The notes beneath the pieces are model-generated. The model made no database searches, had not been told where the DNA came from, and saw nothing but the letters and a program-made list of their open reading frames with translations. Both the position numbers and the translations under genes were made by a program. From Enhygromyxa sp. (lineage in GTDB: Bacteria; Myxococcota_A; Polyangia; Nannocystales; Nannocystaceae), in assembly GCA_046484755.1 (NCBI GenBank), contig JAWOII010000250.1, positions 1 to 28,195 of the forward strand: DNA of 28,195 bases, written 5' to 3'. How positions within the stretch are numbered: position 1 is the first letter of the stretch; every line of letters begins with the position of its first letter. This document shows positions 1 to 6,216 of this stretch, piece by piece.

Positions 1-1
1 G

Positions 2-136
2 ACCGCGATGCGTGCGATGGACGGCAGCACCCTCGACGGCCGCACGATCCGCGTCAACGAGGCCAACGACCGCGAGCGCAGCGGCGGCGGCTTCGGTGGT
101 GGCGGGCGTGACCGCGGCGGGCGCGACCGCTACTGA
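2..136 (+). CDS. RRM-type (glycine-rich) RNA-binding protein, 3' end only; CDS enters from upstream of the window
   Basis: Frame 2 reads ...RAMDGSTLDGRTIRVNEANDRERSGGGFGGGGRDRGGRDRY, stop TGA 134-136. This is the typical C-terminal RNP/RRM beta-strand followed by an RGG/Gly-rich tail. It is not in the ORF track because it is under the length cutoff and in a different frame from ORF 12..371. Confidence 0.55.
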   Translation, partial: TAMRAMDGSTLDGRTIRVNEANDRERSGGGFGGGGRDRGGRDRY

Positions 137-238
137 GCTCGCGCTCTGCTCTCACGCGCCCGCGGGTCGTCGGCAACGACGGCTGCGCGGGCGCTTCAAT
201 TTCCGAGATCCTCGCCTGGTCTTTCGCCGAGGGCGACG

Positions 239-535
239 CTACCTGGGTTGGTCAACAAAGCCGATCAACGCGTGGAGCTCGACGATGTCGGCGTCGGTGC
301 ACTTGCGCGTGCGGATCACCGTAATCGGGTTGCCGCTCAGGGTCGCGCGCAGGATGAGCCGCGCGCTTTGAATCTCCATGATCCCAAACCCGGCGGGAGC
401 CCGGACCTCGCCGTAGCGGGCCGCGAGCCTGCGCCAGAGCTCGGCGACCTGCTGCTTCTCGAAGAAGTACTTGTAGGTCTCGGGGTGGATACAGGCGTAG
501 TGGCGCGCTCGCGTCGGGGCTGGCCAATCGCTCAT
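239..535 (-). CDS. small hypothetical protein (98 aa), third gene of the RsbR-like operon
   Basis: Internal ATG (533-535, complementary strand) within ORF 239..886. MSDWPAPTRARHYACIHPETYKYFFEKQQVAELWRRLAARYGEVRAPAGFGIMEIQSARLILRATLSGNPITVIRTRKCTDADIVELHALIGFVDQPR has a diverse, protein-like composition. Its ATG overlaps the TGA of the upstream gene (ATGA at 532-535). No family recognised; possibly a small alpha+beta fold. Confidence 0.45.
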   Translation of the reverse strand: MSDWPAPTRARHYACIHPETYKYFFEKQQVAELWRRLAARYGEVRAPAGFGIMEIQSARLILRATLSGNPITVIRTRKCTDADIVELHALIGFVDQPR

Positions 536-1767
536 GCCGTGCGCTCGACTTCGAAGCTGCAGGCCGGCGCGCCGACGCAGATGCAGGCCGACTCGTGCGT
601 GGCGCAGGTCCCGAGCCGGTCCTCGACGGCCCCGCTGCCGTAGACGAGCTCGAGCAGGCCCGCGGCGACGCCGGTTAGCATATAGCAAGTCGGGCTCGCG
701 GCCGGGCCCCGGCGCTCGCCATAGCCGATCGCCTCGTAGCCGTTGAGCGACTCGAAGCTGATCCGCTCGGGGTTCGGGTGGTGGGTGATGTGCCAGTTGC
801 CCCAGCCGAGGCCGTTGCTGATCGCGACGAGCGCGAGCATCTTGTCGCGCGGCTCCCGGATCATCGGCGCGACGAGGGCGTCCCACTCAGCCGAGTTCAT
901 GATCCCGCGAAAGGTGTTCATCGCACAGATCTCGCCGTCGGCGATCAGCATGCGCTTGGCTGCCCTTTCGCGCCGCTTGGCGGCCATCGCCTCGACGAAG
1001 CGGATGCACACGAGGTTGTAATAATCCGCGGGGGTGTTGGCCAGGTATACGCTAAACGCGGGGATCAGCCCCTCGGCGTTGCCGTGGATCGGCATCGCGA
1101 CGAGCGCGTCGATGAGCGCCTGCTCGTCGACATTGTTCGAGCGCAGGTACTCACCGCGCCGCTTGGGCGAGAACTCGAACTCGTGCTTTACGTCGCTCGC
1201 GGGCGACTCGGCGCGGGCGTCGTCGAGCTCGAACACGCACGCCGGGTCGCCCTTGGCCATGCACGCGCGCTCGCGTGCGTGCACGAGCCGGTCGTCGACG
1301 ACTCGGACGGCGGCTTGAATGTAGCCCTCGGCGAAGCTGCAGACCGGCCGCTCGGGTGTGCCGAAGCCCGCGAGCCAGCCCTCGACGTAGTGTGAGGACG
1401 TGGCCCTGACCCGGCCCTCGGCCAGCGTCGAGAAGTCGAGCACTCCGAAGCCCAGGTGGGCGTAGAGCCCGATCGCGACGGCGAGCTTGGTCGCCGCGTC
1501 GTCGCCCTCGCGCAGGGCCGCGGCGATTTGCTCGGCGAATACGGCCTCGGCTGAGCTGCGGATGATCGCCTTTCCGTCGATCATGTCCGTGCCTTCGATG
1601 GTCCGCTGAACTCGCGCGTTGTAATGATGGCAATGAATGATGACGTCTTTTTCGGCGATGACCCGGCGATGGTTGGCGGGGTCGTAGCGAAGCTCGAAGC
1701 GGGACGCGAGCGCTGCGGTGTCCATGTGGTCCTCCTCGGCGACACGGCGGTCGCGTGATTCGATCAT
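532..1767 (-). CDS. tandem V4R-domain (XylR-N-like, putative small-molecule-binding) protein, 411 aa
   Basis: Two halves each end in a Cys-containing V4R-like signature. The first is C-SFAEGYIQ...ERACMAKGDPACVFEL; the second is CYMLTGVAAGLLELVYGSG...TCATHESACICVGAPACSFEV. Start ATG at 1765-1767 overlaps the TGA (1764-1766) of the upstream RsbR-like gene. Stop at 532-534 overlaps the ATG of the downstream small gene. Confidence 0.5.
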   Translation of the reverse strand: MIESRDRRVAEEDHMDTAALASRFELRYDPANHRRVIAEKDVIIHCHHYNARVQRTIEGTDMIDGKAIIRSSAEAVFAEQIAAALREGDDAATKLAVAIGLYAHLGFGVLDFSTLAEGRVRATSSHYVEGWLAGFGTPERPVCSFAEGYIQAAVRVVDDRLVHARERACMAKGDPACVFELDDARAESPASDVKHEFEFSPKRRGEYLRSNNVDEQALIDALVAMPIHGNAEGLIPAFSVYLANTPADYYNLVCIRFVEAMAAKRRERAAKRMLIADGEICAMNTFRGIMNSAEWDALVAPMIREPRDKMLALVAISNGLGWGNWHITHHPNPERISFESLNGYEAIGYGERRGPAASPTCYMLTGVAAGLLELVYGSGAVEDRLGTCATHESACICVGAPACSFEVERTA

Positions 1768-2942
1768 TTGCGCGAAATCGAACGAATCGCAGTCTGCAAA
1801 TTCGCGTAGACTTCGAGATCGCCATAGTCGGCCCAATCCTGCGCGATGCTCTGCGCGATCGCAGGGCTCAAGCCGGTCAGCAGGGCGCGGACGCCAATCA
1901 GCCGCAGCGCCCGGGTCGCGCGGATCAGCGCGTCGACGCTACGGGTGTCGAGCTCGGGCACGCCGGTGAGGTCGAGTATGATCGTGCGCGTGCGCTCGCT
2001 AACCGCGGCCGCGAGCAGGTCCTCGACGATCTCGCTCAGGCGCTCGCCGTCGAGCTCGCCGATGAGCGGGACTACGGTGACCTCGGGGCTGATCGGGATG
2101 CGTGGGGCCGTCAGCGCCCGGATCGCCTCGCGCTGCGCGGCGATGATCTCGGCCTGGTGGCGCAACTGCTCCTGCTCGCGAGCGCTTCGTTCCTGCTCGG
2201 CTCGTCGGCGGTCGCTGCGGTCACGCAGCGAGAGGCTGTAGCCGGCCCGACCCGCGCCCGGGAGGTACAGCGGCCGAGTCTCGAGCTCGAGCCAGCGACC
2301 GTCGAGCTCGAGCTCGCTACGGTAGCCGGCCGGAGACCACAGTGCGTCGGTCCGCAGCAGCGCGTGGCTCTCCGACTCGGCGATCAGCTCGACGAAGCTG
2401 CGGCCGGCGAGGGCCTCCTCGACGATCAGCACGCCGTGGGCGGAGCGAAAGCCGATCAGCTCGACGAAGCGGGCGTTGTGCTCGACGATGCGCAGGTCGC
2501 CGTCGAGGAACACGATGCCCTCGGAGGCCTCGCGGATCACCGCCGCGGTCCGCCGCTGGCGCACGAGCAGGTCATGAACGAGGTTGTTGGCGCCGTCGAG
2601 CGGCTCGACGCTCGCGACCCAGCCGTCGGCGTCGCGGACCAGGACCAGCCGGGTCAAGCGCTCGCGTGCTCCGAGCTCGAGCAGCGCGAGGATGTCGACG
2701 TGCGCGCGCGAGTGGTTTGTCGCGCAGCGATCGAGGGCGAGCGTGGCCGGGCGATCGCGGGCGGCCACGAAGTCGGTCAGCTCGACGCCCTCGAGCTCGG
2801 CGAAGCTGCACTCGAACTCGCGCAGGAACCAAGCCGAGGCCGCGCGCACGGCCAGGCCCTCGTCTAGGCGCAGGAGCCCCAAGGGCGCCTCGATGTCCGG
2901 CTCATGCATGCGCGACGACTCGGGCATCCAAGCGAGCACCAT
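1764..2942 (-). CDS. RsbR-like stressosome-type sensor: N-terminal sensor region, PAS-like domain, coiled coil, C-terminal STAS domain
   Basis: The C-terminus TVVPLIGELDGERLSEIVEDLL...TIILDLTGVPELDTRSVDALIRATRALRLIGVRALLTGLSPAIAQSI closely resembles the RsbR/RsbS STAS domain. The track ORF begins with TTG at 2969. In-frame ATGs lie at 2942, 2927 and 2909 and none has a clear SD, so the start is uncertain. Confidence 0.65.
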   Translation of the reverse strand: MVLAWMPESSRMHEPDIEAPLGLLRLDEGLAVRAASAWFLREFECSFAELEGVELTDFVAARDRPATLALDRCATNHSRAHVDILALLELGARERLTRLVLVRDADGWVASVEPLDGANNLVHDLLVRQRRTAAVIREASEGIVFLDGDLRIVEHNARFVELIGFRSAHGVLIVEEALAGRSFVELIAESESHALLRTDALWSPAGYRSELELDGRWLELETRPLYLPGAGRAGYSLSLRDRSDRRRAEQERSAREQEQLRHQAEIIAAQREAIRALTAPRIPISPEVTVVPLIGELDGERLSEIVEDLLAAAVSERTRTIILDLTGVPELDTRSVDALIRATRALRLIGVRALLTGLSPAIAQSIAQDWADYGDLEVYANLQTAIRSISRK

Positions 2943-2969
2943 GAAGCACCCGGCCGGCGCAAAAATCAA

Positions 2970-3211
2970 GCTGCGCGTTCGTCGAAAGTGGTGATGATCA
3001 CATTTCTACTATTCGTTCTCGCAGACGTTTTCGCTATATCGAAACTGCCAGTCGCGCGGGACGGATGTCGGGATCAACGGGCGCCGAGCCCGGCCAGCGA
3101 ACGCTCTAGTCAGCCGTAGAAAGAGGGGATGCCTCATACCCTGGCACCATGCCAGGGCGATGAAAGACGGCGAGGACGACTACTCTGACGAAAGCAGATA
3201 TTTCCACGAGG
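2970..3211. promoter_or_regulatory. divergent intergenic promoter region with an AT-rich core (about 2990-3060) and an 8-bp-stem palindrome ccctggca-cca-tgccaggg (3138-3156)
   Basis: 242-bp non-coding gap between the minus-strand RsbR-like operon and the plus-strand gene 3212. The local GC drop (tgatgatcacatttctactattcgttctcgcagacgttttcgctatatcg) is the only strongly AT-rich stretch in the first 4 kb. It contains a tgatca core palindrome and a tatatc -10-like element. Confidence 0.3.
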
Positions 3212-4381
3212 ATGACAACTTTGACAAACACTGAGCTCGAGCTCGTTGGAGAACAGGGCACGCGCCACCGGCTCGCGCTCAACCTCCCGGCGCCCGGTGT
3301 GCTCGATGTGATCGAAGGGCCGGCTGTGCTGCGCGACCGGTTCGCCGCCGAGGATTGGTTCGCGGCGTCGTGCGAGCTTCGTCGTCGGGCTGAGCGACTC
3401 GGCTATCGACTAGCGATCTCCGGCGCGTGCGCGGGGGTCTGGCCGACGCTGAGGCAACGTGCCGCCGGTGGGCTCACGCTGACTCGTCTGACTCGCCGCG
3501 GCGACACGCACGAGCTCGGCGAAGCAGTTGAGTTGTTCGATCCCGCGCCGGTCGACGAGGTCGTCGAGGTCGTCGCACAGCGTCGCGTGTGGCGAGACTG
3601 GCTGTTGCGCCCACGACTGCGCCCAGGCGTCCGCGAATTCGAGCTGGTGCGGGAAAGCATCCGTGAGGGCGAGCACATCATCGTTGCGACGCCACCTGAC
3701 GATCCTCGTTTCGAGTTTGTCGGCGCGACCCTCGGGTGGTGGAGGGTGGCCCGCCACCAACGCCTCGAGCCGCGATTTCGGGCCAACCCCCGCCTCGTTC
3801 GCGTCGTGCGAGACGACGGCCGCGCACGCACGGCCGAGCTCCTCGTCGAGCTCGGTTCGGGCGAGGTTCGCGTGCGGCTGTTCGGAGCGGGGTTGGATGA
3901 GGGCTTCGGTCGCGGTAGCGACGGCTTCGTCGCGCTCGCCGATCTCCGCGAGCGAATTGCTGGGCACGGTCGACGCCTGTGCGTCGAAGGAGCGCGCGAA
4001 GATGCGTGGCGCTCCTCCGGCGACGGCCTCACGGTCAGTCGACAAGCGCTCGGGCGGGCGGCCAAGTACGGCCGTCGCGTGGATCTGCTCGATCGCATCG
4101 AGGCCGAGCAGGTCGCAAGCGTCGCCGCGCAGACCCTTTACCGGCGAATGTTGCTCGGTGCCGAGGCCACCCCGAGCGTCGAGGTCATCGCCTGGGCACT
4201 GCGCGAACCCGACAGCACGCGGCCCTTGCTCCTCGGCCGTGACGATGCGAGCGCCCTGGGCTGGTGGGTGAGCGACTCGTGGGGCCGGGTCGCGGAGTTT
4301 CGTCCGAACCCGTGGCTCTGGGCGCGCGAGCGCGGCGTAGAGCCGCGCGACCCCTATCCATATCCGCTCGAGGGCCGCTGA
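3212..4381 (+). CDS. hypothetical Arg-rich protein (389 aa)
   Basis: Long ORF with strong GC3 bias after the first codons. No recognisable domain. Transcribed divergently from the RsbR-like operon. gagg sits immediately before the ATG with near-zero spacing, so the exact start is uncertain. Confidence 0.5.
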   Translation: MTTLTNTELELVGEQGTRHRLALNLPAPGVLDVIEGPAVLRDRFAAEDWFAASCELRRRAERLGYRLAISGACAGVWPTLRQRAAGGLTLTRLTRRGDTHELGEAVELFDPAPVDEVVEVVAQRRVWRDWLLRPRLRPGVREFELVRESIREGEHIIVATPPDDPRFEFVGATLGWWRVARHQRLEPRFRANPRLVRVVRDDGRARTAELLVELGSGEVRVRLFGAGLDEGFGRGSDGFVALADLRERIAGHGRRLCVEGAREDAWRSSGDGLTVSRQALGRAAKYGRRVDLLDRIEAEQVASVAAQTLYRRMLLGAEATPSVEVIAWALREPDSTRPLLLGRDDASALGWWVSDSWGRVAEFRPNPWLWARERGVEPRDPYPYPLEGR

Positions 4382-4419
4382 TCAGGGGCCACGCCCGAGC
4401 CAGGAGCACGTGCACAGAC

Positions 4420-4449
4420 TTCCGGCAAGAGCGGCTCGGAAGCATTTTG
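4420..4449 (+). terminator. weak intrinsic-terminator-like hairpin cttccg...cggaag followed by cattttg
   Basis: Inverted repeat cttccg/cggaag at 4420-4443 with T-run 4446-4449, about 40 nt after the stop of gene 3212..4381. Confidence 0.2.
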
Positions 4450-4469
4450 CGCGACAGGCGCCACGTCTC

Positions 4470-4522
4470 GCAAGTAAAAAATAAACTTGTCATATGAACG
4501 ATTTAAGTAAATCTTATTTCCT
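4470..4522 (+). promoter_or_regulatory. AT-rich promoter/operator region of the hipBA operon
   Basis: caagtaaaaaataaacttgtcatatgaacgatttaagtaaatcttatttcct lies directly upstream of hipB, which is unusual in a 70% GC background. It contains ttgtca (-35-like), the palindrome tcatatga, and taagta/taaatc -10-like hexamers. Autoregulated HipB operators sit in this position in known hipBA loci. Confidence 0.3.
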
Positions 4523-4837
4523 ATGCCCAAGCGCTCTCCGCCTGTCTTCCCGCGTGTCATGCGCCAGCTCGACGAGCTCGGCGCCCGGCTGCGCGCGGCG
4601 AGACTGCGACGGCGGATGACCCAAGCGACGCTCGCTGCTCGAGTCGACGTCTCGTTGCCCACCATCCGCAAGCTCGAGAAAGGCGACCCGACCACGAGCC
4701 TGGCGACGCTGGTGCGGGCGCTGCAGGTGCTGGGCCTGGAAAAGGACCTTGACCTGCTCGCCGCCAACGACAAGCTCGGCCGCGCGCTGCAGGACATTCA
4801 CCAGGTCGGTCCGCCGCGCGGTAAGAGGTCGTCATGA
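4523..4837 (+). CDS. hipB: XRE-family HTH transcriptional regulator, HipB-like antitoxin
   Basis: LRAARLRRRMTQATLAARVDVSLPTIRKLEKG is a Cro/C1-type HTH. Its TGA (4835-4837) overlaps the ATG of the hipA-like gene (4834-4836). Confidence 0.7.
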   Translation: MPKRSPPVFPRVMRQLDELGARLRAARLRRRMTQATLAARVDVSLPTIRKLEKGDPTTSLATLVRALQVLGLEKDLDLLAANDKLGRALQDIHQVGPPRGKRSS

Positions 4838-6087
4838 GCGAGCGAGTCGATGTCGTGCTCGACGACGCGTCGCTCGGACCGACGACGAAGATCGGCACGC
4901 TCCACCGAGAGCGCGGCCGCTCGGCCGAGGTCATCAGCTTCGCTTATGAAGACGACTATCTCGCGCTACCGGGGGCCGTGGCGATCGATCCCGAGCTGCA
5001 GTTGCATCCCGGTCGTATGTACCCAACCCAGCAAGGTGGGCTGTTCGGGATCTTCCGTGACACCGCGCCGGACCGCTGGGGACGGGTGCTGATGGAGCGG
5101 CGAGAGGCCCTGGACGCGAAGCAGCAAAAGCGACGGCGGCGGCGGCTCTCGGAGTGGGATTTTCTGGTCGGCGTCAGCGATGTCGCGCGCCTTGGGGCCT
5201 TGCGACTGTGTGAGACCGAGCCGCCGCATCGATACCTCGACGACCGCGACCACACGGTCCCGCCCTTCGCTCGTCTGCGCGAACTCGAGGCTATCGCGCG
5301 CGAACTCAGCCGCGAGGGTGTCGAAGAGCGCCCGGAGTATGCCCAGTGGTTGGCGCAGCTCATCCAGCCGGGAACGAGCTTGGGCGGCGCACGACCCAAG
5401 GCGACCTTTTGTGGGGAGGACGGGCAGTTGTGGCTCGCCAAGTTCCCTGCCCACGACGATCGACGCGACGTGGGAGCTTGGGAGCACTTCGCCGGCCAAC
5501 TGGCGCTCACAGCCGGAATCCACATGCCGGAGTCCCGGCTGCTCGATCTTGGCAGCCGATACCGAACCCACGCCCTCAAGCGCTTCGATCGTGAGCCGGG
5601 CTCGCGGCGCCTCTACGCCTCGGCGATGACGCTCTTGGAGTTGAGCGACGGTGCAGAAGGTAGCTACCTCGATATCGCCGAGGCGATCCAGCTGCATGGC
5701 GATCCTGCTCTCATCGCTGCGGATCTCGAGCAGCTATACGGCCGCATCGTGTTCTCCATCCTGATTAGCAACCGCGACGATCACTTCCGCAACCACGGCT
5801 TCTTGCGGACCGCCGGCGGCTGGCGACTCTCGCCGGCCTTCGACATCAACCCCAACCCCGACAAGCTCGAGCACGCGCTGGCGATCGATGAAGCCGACCC
5901 GAGCCCATCGATCGCCAACCTGCACGCGACCCATCGCTATTATCGCCTCACCGACACCCAGGCCTCGAATATCGAGGTCCAGGTACGGGCGGCCGTTCGA
6001 GGGTGGCGGCAGATCGCCAGCAAGGTCGGTGTCTCCGCGGTCGAGCAGCGGCTGCTCGCGGACATCGTCGATCCCGACGCAGACTGA
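4834..6087 (+). CDS. hipA: HipA-family serine/threonine kinase toxin
   Basis: HipA N-terminal coupling region, P-loop-like GTSLGGARPKATF, and catalytic motif ISNRDDHFRNHGFL (HipA D-x-H-x-x-N type). RBS aagagg 5 nt upstream; translationally coupled to hipB. Confidence 0.8.
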   Translation: MSERVDVVLDDASLGPTTKIGTLHRERGRSAEVISFAYEDDYLALPGAVAIDPELQLHPGRMYPTQQGGLFGIFRDTAPDRWGRVLMERREALDAKQQKRRRRRLSEWDFLVGVSDVARLGALRLCETEPPHRYLDDRDHTVPPFARLRELEAIARELSREGVEERPEYAQWLAQLIQPGTSLGGARPKATFCGEDGQLWLAKFPAHDDRRDVGAWEHFAGQLALTAGIHMPESRLLDLGSRYRTHALKRFDREPGSRRLYASAMTLLELSDGAEGSYLDIAEAIQLHGDPALIAADLEQLYGRIVFSILISNRDDHFRNHGFLRTAGGWRLSPAFDINPNPDKLEHALAIDEADPSPSIANLHATHRYYRLTDTQASNIEVQVRAAVRGWRQIASKVGVSAVEQRLLADIVDPDAD

Positions 6088-6162
6088 GTCGCGCTCAGCT
6101 GCCGCTCTTGCGCCCTGCTGCGCGAGCCGCTTTGGCGTCGACGATGAAGACTGTTTAGAGCG

Positions 6163-6198
6163 TCCGGCGCGGAATCGACCAGAGGCCGCCCCGCGCCG
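6163..6198. terminator. possible bidirectional terminator hairpin between convergent hipA and the MVP-like gene
   Basis: ccggcgcgg (6163-6171) and ccgcgccgg (6190-6198) form a 9-bp GC stem around an 18-nt loop. The long loop makes this weak. Confidence 0.15.
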
Positions 6199-6216
6199 GT
6201 CTCGGTGCGCGACGGC

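Noticed and set aside
12-371. 119-aa plus-strand ORF at the window start
   Set aside because: It is the wrong frame for the clear RRM/RGG C-terminal peptide, which ends at 136. The remainder is antisense to the small minus-strand gene.
248-643. 131-aa plus-strand ORF
   Set aside because: The opposite strand carries the more protein-like 98-aa CDS, which is translationally coupled by ATGA to the V4R gene. This frame is Ala/Arg/Gly-rich.
2342-2994. Arg-rich plus-strand ORFs 2342..2944 and 2584..2994 inside the RsbR-like gene
   Set aside because: Antisense to a gene with a clear STAS domain. The RRRGRRR-type composition is typical of GC-rich antisense frames.
2904-3119. 71-aa plus-strand ORF spanning the AT-rich intergenic region
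   Set aside because: It overlaps the 5' end of the RsbR-like gene and runs through the promoter-like AT-rich stretch with no RBS. It is most likely non-coding.
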